Origin: a virus
Lineage: Duplodnaviria > Heunggongvirae > Uroviricota > Caudoviricetes
IMG/VR virus record: IMGVR_UViG_3300035688_000604
Reading direction: 5' to 3' (one strand)
Length of the DNA stretch: 37,439 nt
Shown: positions 9,701 to 19,300 of the stretch, in pieces
How positions within the stretch are numbered: position 1 is the stretch's first letter
How the letters are laid out: the number at the start of each line of letters is the position of its first letter
Translations under genes and position numbers: made by a program
The notes under the pieces: generated by a model
Seen by the model: only the letters and a program-made list of their open reading frames with translations
Database searches by the model: none
Told to the model about the DNA's origin: nothing

Positions 9701-10991
9701 TAAAATTAGTCCAAGTGCAGTTTCTTATCGTCACATTGTCATGACCATTAACGTTAAAACCCCAACCATTTCCATCACCAATTATCTCAGAATTATTGCA
9801 GTCAAATATAAAATTATTTGCATTCGCTATGAAGACACCATTTGATTCATCATCAGTCATGTTATATGAAGAATTTTCAGAATAAAGAAGCACACTATCA
9901 TTTATATAATTGTCATCTTGGAGAATATTACCACTACCAACAGAATAAGGCAATCTCGAACCACAATCTTCAGGACAGTTCTCCCATGTCTCATTAACTG
10001 GAAGACAACAACCATCACCGCAAGTTGATGGATTAAGTTCTATTTCCATATATGCATGATGTGCTGTATCTTCATTTTCTTGAGCAATAAAATGTAAACT
10101 GTCAGATTGATAATGTTCTGCATCCAACTCAATCATAACATCATAACCACTACGAGGCATGCATGAACCGTTGAAACGACCATCATCGCAAGAACAAGTT
10201 AATGGAGAACAATCATCATTTGGTTTAAAGGAATAATATTTTGGGTTTACAGTCCTGTTTATAGTCCAATTAGTAAGATTCCATTCGACCCATCTTGGAG
10301 TCCCAGATATATCCCCATTCCAGATTGAATCAAAAGCAAACCACTCTGGTATTTTACTGAATGCAGAATTTCCTGCTTGGCAAGATTGTGAACTGCAATT
10401 ATATATTAAAGTTTTTCTCATCGCCCTCATTATATTATATGCATCTCCAGTATAGTTAGTCCCATCACACCAACTATCACAATCATGGTATTTGTCCTCA
10501 TATTTCAGAGGATGTATATAAACACCGCCATCACCAGTCACAGCACCACCATCTGAATACATATAAAGAGTAGCATTCTTTACGAGACAAGAAGGAATCT
10601 CAAAATATTCCCCATCATTGGTTATACCTTTAGTCATATCAAACCACACAACAGTATCTTGGTCTGAAGAATAATAAGCCCCTGTAGGATTATTCTTTCC
10701 AGCACAAAGACCAGCAGTTCCAGACCCACTGTATTCGGCTACCCACAACTGAGAATCCCCTAAACCTTCGCACATTCCTTCAAAAGAAGGACACTTTTGA
10801 GCACAATATCTTTCACCGTTAATACAAGGATTCCATTGACAACCACCACTTAATGCATAATTACCAGTCATCCAAGCATCTTCAGTTATATTAACTCTGA
10901 CAATTGAAGGAACATAATCTGCCCTCACAGAAGTCATACTAAGAACTAAGAAAAGCCCTAAAAATGCTACAAGAAACAGTTTTAATTGCAT
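6702..10991 (-). CDS. Large secreted parallel beta-helix (NosD/pectin-lyase-like) surface protein with conserved C-terminal anchor
   Basis: Signal peptide, Cys-rich N-region, CGDGCC...NCPEDCG, long G/N-rich beta-helix repeats, C-term DIGQGVGNLLLNM + TM + KKTGEGI. Confidence 0.85.
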   Translation of the reverse strand: MQLKLFLVAFLGLFLVLSMTSVRADYVPSIVRVNITEDAWMTGNYALSGGCQWNPCINGERYCAQKCPSFEGMCEGLGDSQLWVAEYSGSGTAGLCAGKNNPTGAYYSSDQDTVVWFDMTKGITNDGEYFEIPSCLVKNATLYMYSDGGAVTGDGGVYIHPLKYEDKYHDCDSWCDGTNYTGDAYNIMRAMRKTLIYNCSSQSCQAGNSAFSKIPEWFAFDSIWNGDISGTPRWVEWNLTNWTINRTVNPKYYSFKPNDDCSPLTCSCDDGRFNGSCMPRSGYDVMIELDAEHYQSDSLHFIAQENEDTAHHAYMEIELNPSTCGDGCCLPVNETWENCPEDCGSRLPYSVGSGNILQDDNYINDSVLLYSENSSYNMTDDESNGVFIANANNFIFDCNNSEIIGDGNGWGFNVNGHDNVTIRNCTWTNFNEGVHVGSSNVTIINVTFENCTGNCIDAFDAITVYIDNVTINGASGSGILINSSANVELKNVNIFDTVNTGVTFCNVSNITINNLTSVNQNKGIVLQGVQNVSGNNISINDSLDKGIFIIAWIRAGTDVPSYGINLNNIKINDADSGIYLDVLQAHTGQNWNISNYEMHNVNNGIYGRATNENGEVGVFTNGYIEHLGNGVYLESSDNITLDNITVFGDGSNDNGIYIDDGSRNITVQNFNVTDSQEGIVLIDVYNVDFDLGEVWNISDRAGGVWGDSHNINMIDIDIHDVGFDGMTIADNTYNVSIDNVSVDTSGLFGSEIAHNASNIHWSNSEIKNCQVGVAITNNGTDVVFDNVDIHDTVRNYASDDGGGDVEIKNSELYNSQNCLLFVRPLETSLSFHDNYVHDCNEGVHAENIHSNILISDTVFVGGSNGINLFNTSDAIIDNCTLSNFDSNGIQITNSDNVTIDDSTVYNTSGDNVWMDNITNIDVRDSNFMDYYIGIHIDEYGENITIQNNTFNKVRTGAGHCVATWGNYEFIYNIDIIGNDCNETSYPSNPEQVGYRLEDVKYFNITDNYASHVRAGIWLGNTTNGTIDRNRADNIARYGIQDANSDFDIGDGFLNITNNEFISNIYSSGLLLRSGRTRVINNTFSSERNAFQFIPATTTTGNVYMRDNNFTSSLLNYLTSFYIYGENIEAYDNDIDTSNTANGRPIFYNKSINNTVISSDQFDTETNLLFIVLSNNVTVKNQNVGSKQYLQFGGCSNCNAENINTNHAWGGIEFVVSNGTMRKIKVENSDNSIACEVSNCDVYDSTMTNNSAELYVYQANMNMTNVTYDNSTDYLDVGANVFRKWWIKSGLFGSPTPLSVNILLKNRFGNTVLSNISSLINLAVPRYRMWEDSGNIYYEEYAPYNLTLWKNNYGSLYLSLDMLTNYLHGLNLTFIGIRGFSETGEDIGQGVGNLLLNMSNPLVIFIILLSVTAMFGFIIASISKKTGEGI

Positions 10992-10996
10992 TTAGA

Positions 10997-11054
10997 CCTA
11001 TTATATATAATAGGAGATAAACTATTTAAAATTTTCTAAAAATTTTAAAATTTT
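10997..11054 (-). promoter_or_regulatory. Repeated archaeal promoter element, copy 1, including a perfect 18-bp palindrome
   Basis: Minus-strand AGAAAATTTTAAATA (BRE/TATA-like; TATA at 11023-11030) ~32 nt before the ATG at 10991; cctattatatataatagg palindrome at 10997-11014. Confidence 0.7.
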
Positions 11055-13242
11055 ATACTTTCCCGCCAATACCCTTTCCAATAGATGCTATAAAGAATCC
11101 TACCATGCTTCCTATCGCTAAGAGAATTATGAAGATTGCAAGAGGCGAAGCCATGTTCAACAAAAGATTTCCCACACCTTGTCCGACATCAGATAAGGTT
11201 TCATTAACATTTCCCGATGGGGTTGGTGGTGTTGGATGACATGATAAAGTTGATATATTATTGTCAGATGGAATAACACCACCAAGAAGAGTTACATTAC
11301 CAACATCATAAATGTTACCGCAACCAGTGTTGTTATAAGAATTCTCAATCCACATATCCCAATATCCGTTATATCCGCTTATATCATTTTTCTCTAAATA
11401 ATTATTGTTTGAATAATAGAAAAGAATTCCAGAAGGATAATACACAGAATCATTGAGACAAATTATTACACCAGTCCTTGTAATTCTACAAAAACCATCG
11501 TCATTATATGCGGTGTTGTTAATTAATATTGAATTATTACCATATTCTAAATCAAATGCATATATAGTATTATACACAATGTTGTTTCTCAGTATGTTGT
11601 TTCTTGATTCTGAAGTGCTCGTGTTCCATGTTGCCCCTTCAAGAATCCCTTCACCGATATTCTGAATATAATTATTTTCTATTATAAAATCTCTCGACCT
11701 GTCAGATATTCCTAAAGCAATTGAGCCAGATTCACCAGTGTATTGATTTGCATTAGTGAACATGAATTTATTGTTGCTAAAGGTGTTATTCTTTGCCCAC
11801 CAATTTCGTCCACCATATTCCCAGATTATAAACCAACCACCACCTTTGAAAGTATTATTATCTATCAAAAGGTTTGAGTCTTCTTCCATCCTTAAATGGT
11901 CAACAGTAAAATTACCAGCAAAATAATTATCTTTAACCACACCACCTTCTATACCGAATAGATATATTCCCTTTCCTCTATTAAATCCTTGAGCATCACC
12001 AGTCACCCTTTCCCATATCGGCTGACCTTCAAAATAGTTATCCGTTAGAGTATAATACCCAAATCCTTTGTTGCAATCATAAGTCACTGGGTCAGAATAC
12101 CAGTTAGTTATATCAATCCAACTTCCGTTTGATTCCATCTGGCATCTCCAAGATTCTATTTTTATACCATTCTCCCAATTATTGTAAAATTTATTATCTT
12201 CAAAAACAGCACCGTTCACATTAGCAGAATGGATTCCATTAAAAAAATCTTTAAACGTGCATCCACGAATTGTGATATTATTATATTCCGTATCCCAATT
12301 AGTATATGCAGTCATTGCATCCACACCGTTACTAAGAGAGTTTGTCCCATTAACACCATTGAATTCAAAGACAGTATCATTACAAATGACAGCGATGTTA
12401 CTTCCGTTCAACGCTACACTCCATCCATTATTCAAAGGGTCAGAAAATTCATAATTTCCAGAACCAAAATTGTAAGTAGTGTTTTCTTGAATTATAATAT
12501 ACTCTCCCTCATAACCAAACATATCATAGTTCATCGCTATCTCTGGCGGTGACAACGCATAATGGAACATTTCCAGTTCATCGATGTCTCCATCAAAAAA
12601 TAAACCAAGACCATCTATCGAACCAACGCTCAAATCCATAGGATTATTCAACGAGCCGACTGGTGGTGGAAAATTTGCTGAAGATACAAGAACTTTATCT
12701 ATCCACATTTCCCAATGCTGTATATTTCTAAGGACAACTATCTGATGCCAGTTACCGTCCATTACATTAGGACTTGCTGGATTAAATAATGAGAAAAATC
12801 CACCAAAACCATCGCTTAAATCAAATTCTGGTTGGCAAGTATCGTGAAGATATAACCAGTATCCAATTGAAGGTGGGGCAACTGGTGCAGGTGGTATTGC
12901 CTTATGATATATAGTGCTACCATCAATGCAACTTCCCAACGGGACTTTCGCTCTCACCCATACTTTTATCGTCCACGCATCATCAGGAAGATTTAAGAGC
13001 ACATCATTCGTGCAGTTCACCCAATCATCTATACCGTCATAACGAAGAGCATAATCTTGAACTCCTACAATCCAACTGTCATTGAAATTAACTCTCGAAC
13101 AGACAACAGGAGAAACTTCATCCGCAATCAAATCTCCAGAACCTTCCTTGAATTTCCACCAATGTGTTGGCAGTGATGAAGCATTCACTGAGACTAAAGA
13201 AAGCAGTAGAAACGCACTTAAAATAACCAAAAACATCTTCAT
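11053..13242 (-). CDS. Secreted LamG-like jellyroll + beta-helix protein with conserved C-terminal anchor
   Basis: Signal peptide; WWKF.EGSG, ALRYDGIDDWV, WHQIV, FFDGDIDE..F..ALS (LamG/concanavalin-like); C-term TLSDVGQGVGNLLLNM + TM + GKGIGGKV. Confidence 0.85.
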   Translation of the reverse strand: MKMFLVILSAFLLLSLVSVNASSLPTHWWKFKEGSGDLIADEVSPVVCSRVNFNDSWIVGVQDYALRYDGIDDWVNCTNDVLLNLPDDAWTIKVWVRAKVPLGSCIDGSTIYHKAIPPAPVAPPSIGYWLYLHDTCQPEFDLSDGFGGFFSLFNPASPNVMDGNWHQIVVLRNIQHWEMWIDKVLVSSANFPPPVGSLNNPMDLSVGSIDGLGLFFDGDIDELEMFHYALSPPEIAMNYDMFGYEGEYIIIQENTTYNFGSGNYEFSDPLNNGWSVALNGSNIAVICNDTVFEFNGVNGTNSLSNGVDAMTAYTNWDTEYNNITIRGCTFKDFFNGIHSANVNGAVFEDNKFYNNWENGIKIESWRCQMESNGSWIDITNWYSDPVTYDCNKGFGYYTLTDNYFEGQPIWERVTGDAQGFNRGKGIYLFGIEGGVVKDNYFAGNFTVDHLRMEEDSNLLIDNNTFKGGGWFIIWEYGGRNWWAKNNTFSNNKFMFTNANQYTGESGSIALGISDRSRDFIIENNYIQNIGEGILEGATWNTSTSESRNNILRNNIVYNTIYAFDLEYGNNSILINNTAYNDDGFCRITRTGVIICLNDSVYYPSGILFYYSNNNYLEKNDISGYNGYWDMWIENSYNNTGCGNIYDVGNVTLLGGVIPSDNNISTLSCHPTPPTPSGNVNETLSDVGQGVGNLLLNMASPLAIFIILLAIGSMVGFFIASIGKGIGGKV
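12881..12924. repeat. 44-nt exact repeat shared with 25887-25930 (LamG coding region)
   Basis: actggtgcaggtggtattgccttatgatatatagtgctaccatc occurs in both genes. Confidence 0.9.
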
Positions 13243-13248
13243 TGTTAT

Positions 13249-13303
13249 CTATTATATATTAGGAGATAAAGTATTTAAAATTTTCTAAAAATTTTAAAAT
13301 TTT
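13249..13303 (-). promoter_or_regulatory. Repeated archaeal promoter element, copy 2
   Basis: Near-identical to 10998-11054 (aggagataaa-tatttaaaattttctaaaaattttaaaatttt); TATA at 13272-13279, ~30 nt before the ATG at 13242. Confidence 0.7.
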
Positions 13304-13350
13304 CATTTTGATGTCAAAACTATTTAAATTTTAAAAATAAAAAGATAGTC

Positions 13351-13623
13351 ATGAAGAATGATTTGTTCACAGATTTTCTGTTCGTTCTCCTACTGACTAT
13401 AATCTTTATCGTGTCACTATGGATGATTGACCTGTCGCTTGCTGGTCTGTTGACTAACAGTAATCTTGTCAGCATCCTTGGTATAGATGTAGACCCGAAC
13501 TTCTCGTATCATGCTGGTCTTCTATTAGCCACTGTTTGCTTCTTCTTAGTGGTGTCACTTTTTTTCTTCTTCAAGTTCAAAAATTTTGTCAAAGAATTAG
13601 AGGATATATTCAGCAAACCTTAA
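13351..13623 (+). CDS. Small membrane protein (2 TM)
   Basis: Two hydrophobic segments; TTTAAA-type box upstream. Confidence 0.65.
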   Translation: MKNDLFTDFLFVLLLTIIFIVSLWMIDLSLAGLLTNSNLVSILGIDVDPNFSYHAGLLLATVCFFLVVSLFFFFKFKNFVKELEDIFSKP

Positions 13624-13772
13624 TTTTCCCTTTCTACGACATCAAAACCATACTTCATGAGACCGAGTTTTATCCTGTCATGTATCTTCCTGTCAATAAT
13701 GACTTTCTTCAGATTTTTATTTTCATGTCTAAATCTTTCTCTTTCTCTCAAAAGGTAATCGGTTAATCTCAT
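13620..13772 (-). CDS. Small basic hypothetical protein (50 aa)
   Basis: MRLTDYLLRERE...; GAAAGGA upstream of the ATG at 13772 favours this start over 13838. Confidence 0.45.
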   Translation of the reverse strand: MRLTDYLLRERERFRHENKNLKKVIIDRKIHDRIKLGLMKYGFDVVEREN

Positions 13773-13874
13773 TCCTTTCATACTAAACACAGCAAATAAT
13801 TTAGTTAAAAAAGTATTAATAATTGAAAAACCGACCAAAACAATCTTTAAATCTTTTAAATTTAAATATTTTGC

Positions 13875-14453
13875 ATGAAAAGGGAATTTTTAATCGCATT
13901 CTTCTTAATCATCATGGTTTCTGCGTATGCTATCCCTATAATAGATGATGTTGAATCAGGAATCTCAGTATTCCCAACGAAAGCCGAGATAACGATTAAA
14001 GATAGGAATGAAGTTAATTACAATTTTACCGTAAAAAACCTTGAAAATAACCCAATAAATGTCTCTATGAAATATCTTAACGAAGGATTGAAAGAATTCA
14101 GTAGACCGCTAACTGATAGTATTTTAATTAAGCCAAACAGTAATGAAAATTTTACGATTGTCTTCTTCAGGAATGGGACTGATTATCTTGTATTCAATTC
14201 AAAGATAAGGTTCTACTCAAACAGTAGCAACATACCAAAGACACGCATGATAATGCAACAGAACATGGTTGATGTGGAAGTATGGATAGTCCAAGAAAAG
14301 ATTACAGACATAACAAACATAGAAATTCCAAATTATGCAATAATAATACTGATGGTTCTTGTGTTCTTGATAATATTCATAATCATTTATTATATCAAAA
14401 AAAGAGGTGAAAAAAATGGAAGAGGAGAATATAGTAACACCATCAGAGGGTGA
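13875..14453 (+). CDS. Secreted beta-sandwich-like protein with C-terminal TM anchor
   Basis: Signal peptide, NFTVKN/NFTIVF beta strands, TM AIIILMVLVFLIIFIIIYY followed by KKR. Confidence 0.7.
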   Translation: MKREFLIAFFLIIMVSAYAIPIIDDVESGISVFPTKAEITIKDRNEVNYNFTVKNLENNPINVSMKYLNEGLKEFSRPLTDSILIKPNSNENFTIVFFRNGTDYLVFNSKIRFYSNSSNIPKTRMIMQQNMVDVEVWIVQEKITDITNIEIPNYAIIILMVLVFLIIFIIIYYIKKRGEKNGRGEYSNTIRG

Positions 14454-14649
14454 TGAAGGCGAAGAAATAGGAAGGATTGTCGGTGATACAGCCGATATAA
14501 TTATCAGAAAGACGAGTTTCAAAGGAAGAAAATTCATCGACATAAGGAAATTCCTTCATGGTGCTAAATACACTGGATGGAGCAGAAAAGGAATTTCAAT
14601 AGCGATTGAAAACATAGAAGAGATAAAGAACATCCTATCGAAGGTCTAA
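14416..14649 (+). CDS. PC4/YdbC-like ssDNA-binding protein
   Basis: FKGRKFIDIRKF...W.RKGISI signature of the PC4 (p15) family; GAGGTGA RBS before the ATG at 14416. Confidence 0.8.
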   Translation: MEEENIVTPSEGDEGEEIGRIVGDTADIIIRKTSFKGRKFIDIRKFLHGAKYTGWSRKGISIAIENIEEIKNILSKV

Positions 14650-14897
14650 TCTTTTGTCTCGTCTATTATTATCGGGTCGTTATCATATTTGACTTGTGGC
14701 AATGATTGTTGCCTTGCAGGTCTTTTTTGTCTTTTCCTTAGAACAAAATATATCACGATGACTATCGGTATTCCTATAACTATTACACCGCCAAAACCTA
14801 ACCAGAAATCCTTGACTAAAACATACTGTTTAAAGAGGTTTACAAAAAATGTTATGAAATTTATGAGAAAACTCAAATCAATGTTCAAATACTCCAC
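14646..14897 (-). CDS. Small single-TM membrane protein
   Basis: FWLGFGGVIVIGIPIVIVIYFVL followed by RKRQKR; GTG start. Confidence 0.65.
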   Translation of the reverse strand: MEYLNIDLSFLINFITFFVNLFKQYVLVKDFWLGFGGVIVIGIPIVIVIYFVLRKRQKRPARQQSLPQVKYDNDPIIIDETKD

Positions 14898-15085
14898 CCT
14901 TGTTTTTCAGGTAGAAGTTTTTTCTTAGGTTGTTGTTGCTGAACTGGTAATTGTTGTTGTTGAGGCTGAGGCTCTGGTTTCTTCCTAAGTTTTGAGAATA
15001 AATAACCCCAACCTTCCAATCCTGCTGAAAAAATATTTTCTTCTTTTTTCCCACCTTCAATTTCAGTTTTATGAATTTTAATCAC
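14885..15085 (-). CDS. Small Q/P-rich protein with N-terminal IHK
   Basis: GTG-ATT-AAA-ATT-CAT-AAA; GAGGTG at the start; PQPQQQQLPVQQQQP; stop overlaps the next gene. Confidence 0.5.
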   Translation of the reverse strand: MIKIHKTEIEGGKKEENIFSAGLEGWGYLFSKLRKKPEPQPQQQQLPVQQQQPKKKLLPEKQGWSI

Positions 15086-15086
15086 C

Positions 15087-15863
15087 TCAAAAATTTAACG
15101 TTCTAATAAGATTTTCTTTATTTTTCAAGTCATCTTCCCATAAAACAACACATTTCCACCCAAAATTAGCAAAATGTGAAACTCGTTTTTGTTCATATTC
15201 CTTTGGTGATTCTTGTAAAATTTTTTTATGAAAATCTTTATTTGTAACTTCTAAACATATTTTTCGTCCATCATTTTCAACAAAATCTGGACATTTACCA
15301 TCTATAATAAGAGACCCATCTCCACAATAATTGAAAGGAAGAGAATATTTATTGAAAAATTCAATAAATTTTTGTTCAAGTTCAGTTGGTCTTTTCATTA
15401 AAGATTTCAAAGAATTTCTAAGTATTTTTTCTCTATATCCCTTTGAATTATAAACAGAGTCTGGGTCAGCCCACATTTTTCTCATTCTTTTTTTATTTTT
15501 TAATGTTTTTGCAGGGTTGTTCTTTAAATTTCTCTCAGTAACCCAGTCGCATTTTTTACCATATAATGGGTGATTTTTAGAATTTGCAAGTCTTTTTGTC
15601 ATAAATTCACTTATTTTATTTCTTACTTTTATATTTTTAGTTGGATTGTTTTCAATATTTCTTTTCGTTGTATCTGGTCTTTTATAACCAGATGGACGCA
15701 TGTTCCTTAATCTATCACCTGATAAAATTTTCCATTTTAAAAACTTATCTGTTTTTTTGAAGTTGTCCCATCCTTCTTTCATTTTTCCATTTCTTTCTGA
15801 TAACCATAATAGATATTTTGAAGAATTTTTTAATTCACTCCAAAATTCTTTTGTATAAACCAT
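15087..15863 (-). mobile_element. Free-standing putative homing endonuclease (NUMOD3-like repeats + Vsr/DUF559-like nuclease)
   Basis: NHPLYGK and NNPAK repeats; C-term PTELE...YCGDG...KCPDF...LEV...FGWKCVVLWEDDL. Confidence 0.7.
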
Positions 15864-15982
15864 TAAGTTTCATCTTTATCGTCTTGATTAATATCTTCCT
15901 CTTCAGGCGACATTTTTTTAACTAAAGGGTCATTCTTGACCAATTTTTTTAGAGTCTCTTTAGTTTTTTCAACGACATGCAT
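15863..15982 (-). CDS. MH-start micro-ORF (39 aa, acidic tail)
   Basis: Hand translation MHVVEKTKETLKKLVKNDPLVKKMSPEEEDINQDDKDET; TTTATATA box upstream; TAATG-coupled to the endonuclease. Confidence 0.55.
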   Translation of the reverse strand: MHVVEKTKETLKKLVKNDPLVKKMSPEEEDINQDDKDET

Positions 15983-16014
15983 AGTTATATTATTTAGAAA
16001 GAAAATATATAAAT

Positions 16015-16323
16015 CTACCACAAGGCATTAACAGATTCCAAGAAGCCACGAGCAAAGGATTGTTTTTTCAGACCAATTTTCTCAAGCATCTTTCTTTCAA
16101 GCATTTCTGTATATTCTGCCCGTTCTTTGACAATCTTGGTTCTGACATCGAGTTTTTTCATCAACGGATTCTTCTGTATCAACCATTCATTCTTTTTCGC
16201 ATCTTCAAGATATTCCCATTGTTCAAGAACAGGAGACCATTTATCCCTATTAAGTTTTGTATCAAAATATACTCTATAAGCCATCGCTATTCTTTTTTTT
16301 GGGTCTGTGATTTTATGAACCAT
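16015..16323 (-). CDS. MVH-start protein, paralog of 19858-20190
   Basis: MVHKITDPKKRIAMAYRVY...LEQWEYLEDA...KIVKE...RGFLES aligns with the 110-aa ORF; TAATG coupling. Confidence 0.8.
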   Translation of the reverse strand: MVHKITDPKKRIAMAYRVYFDTKLNRDKWSPVLEQWEYLEDAKKNEWLIQKNPLMKKLDVRTKIVKERAEYTEMLERKMLEKIGLKKQSFARGFLESVNALW

Positions 16324-19300
16324 TAGATTTTACCACCTATCCCTTTACCAAATGATGCAATCACAAAACCTACCATACTGGTTATTGCTAAAAGTATGAT
16401 AAAGATAGCCATCGGTGAACTCATATTCAACAGAAGATTACCGACACCTTCACCTATATCTTGACCAGTTTCACTGAATGTTCCCCGTCTAATAAATGAG
16501 AGTATAAAATTATTGAGATAATTATCAGTTAGGTCTAAACTCAATGTTATTAAACCATAACTTGGTTTTGATACCGTGATATTATACGATGAATAAGATT
16601 CCTGAGATGTATTACCTAAGCCATCATCCCAAACCTTATATTGAATCAAATCATAATTTATGAAATTTGTATAATTTTCAAAAGGTGTATTATTAAAAAT
16701 ATCCTTTATCGAAACATTAGCCTGAATAGGCAACGAATTGAATAGGATGTTTGACTTAATCCACCATTTTTTGAATAAAGTTGAATTATTATCAAGAAGA
16801 ATTTTACCATCATCCAAAGTTATATTTGTTGCATTTACGTTGGCATCCCAAAGGTATAAATCATAGTATAAATTATCACTGAAAGTAGAATCGAAAACAT
16901 CTGCATTAGAATCATATTGGATTAATGCTCCATAAAAATTATTCGATGCTTTGAGTCTGTTTACAGAACCAGAAGTGTTTGAATGAGATAAATATAATCC
17001 ATAAACAGTTCCGTTTATGTTGACATCGTCTATATTCACATTAGAGCATCCGCCTATTGCTAAATGTTGATTCAAGCCATTCATGTTCTGGTTCTTCAAA
17101 GTCACGTTGTCGGACAGCACTATATATAATATGTTTGTCGAAACACTTTCAACTACACTGTTATTGATTCCTTTCAGATATTTTATAGGCAGACCATTCG
17201 CTGTGTTACTTTCATCTATATCATTATCCCATCCCTCTATAATTTCTGGGGTTACATAGAATGTCGGTCTTAAATATGAAACAAATGTATTATTTCTGAG
17301 ATAATTGTGACCTTCTGAAACTAATATCATAGCATATCTCTCAACACTCACATTATTGTTTATGAAACTGTTATTAACACCCCGATTACCAACATAATAA
17401 ATACCGTATCTCCCACCAGTAATATTATTGTTTTCTATGAGAGAATCTGAAAGTTTATCATCAAAATTAATTGATGTTTGAGAATCATGAATATAATTAT
17501 CGATTACCGTTACATTGCTAAAATCACCTGAAAGTCTAAAACCGTTTCCATTATAAAGTTCTGAGTTAATTAAAGTAATGTTACTTCCAGAATCATCAAA
17601 ATCTATCGCTTGGTCGTCTGTATTGTATACAGTATTATTGTTTATGAACATATTATTAACAACTCTTCCCCATATCCCTCTGAACGAGCAATCATGAATA
17701 AGCATATTCTCAAGCATTATTCCTTGACTATCTTCAATTACCAAACCTACCCAACCAGCATTGAATATCTCACCATCAGAAATAGACACATTATTTACAT
17801 TATTCCATATTTGTATTCCATTATTTTCGTTGTTATAAGCAGAGACATTTATAAGGATAAAATTGCTACCACCTTGAATACCAAAACCATTTTGGGTGTT
17901 GTCATGTGATATTGTGTTGTAGAATGAATTCCCACCTGTTCCACCAGCATCATTCCATCCAAAACCCCAGTTAGTATTGTAGACTTCTGAATTGTTGACT
18001 ACAACATTGACACTTGCTATTTCTTCAATTCCAACAGCATTAGGACTATCATAAACTAATACATTATCAAGATAAGTGTTGTTAGCATTTGTAATTTCTA
18101 TACAAGCCTCGCTATTAGCACCACAATTGTATGCTTCTATGTTGGATAGAGTCACATTATTGCTACCACCCCATCCAAACTTTATTCCTTCCTCACCTGT
18201 ATCGTGTATTGTCACATTATCTATTATTAAATTAGTCACTTCAAGAAACATTCCCCGTTGGCTGATATTATAAATATCTGAATCTGATATGTTCACGTTA
18301 TTGGAATTTCGGATGTCTATCGCATATATAATACCATTGATATTGTTGTGATTAAAATTATATGACTCTCCAACACCTGCCTCATTCCAAATTTCAACTA
18401 CACGACCAGAATTATAAAAACTATTATTTTGTATAATTAAATAATCTAAGTCAGAATCTGGAGATTGACCAAGACCTGAATTAATATTATCAAAAGTCAT
18501 GTTCTGAATAGTTATGTTATCTGCATCCCCAGCATGAATCACACCCCAAGTCAGTGTGTTGAATTCACCGTTCTTGATAGTGGTATTGTCATATCCAAAT
18601 AACTGTATCCCTTTAAGAGTCGTAGTTTCATTACCAGTTGTATTTGAGTATATCTTATATCCGTTAAAATCTACGGTAATATTATCAGAATTAATACCAA
18701 GACAATAACAATCACTCTCTTCACAATATACGAAAAGGTCATTCTGTAGAACATATTCACCCGCACTATCAATGTTTTTACAATCTGTAATATCATAAGG
18801 CGAAGCATACTCATCGCTCAATGCAAGATAATCTACTTCGTTACCACAATCAATTCCTACAATACAGGAAGAATCTGTTGAAACATTATAAGCATCATCG
18901 CAGAACCCATCTTTATCAACATCAGTGCAAGTAATAGAATAATCGTTCCAAAAGTTTCCACCTATTTCTATTCCTTCAGAATAAATTCTTGTTCCATTCT
19001 GCCTTGTTGTATTCCAAAAATTGCTACCACCTGAAACTTGCATTGTTCCACTGAATTTGTTGTTATATATATTGTTACTGTTACCATACTCAGCAAACCA
19101 ACAACTTATTATATTGTCATAGACATTAGAATTAGATTGAACTTCCAAACATGCATTAGCACCACCACTTAATATGTTATTAAAATATGTGTTACTCCCA
19201 GTAAACTCTGAAATCCCCTTTCCAGAAGTTAAAGTAACTGTATTGTTGTATGCAGTCAAATAATTAGCGTGAACTTCAACGCCATAAAATCCACCTTGAA

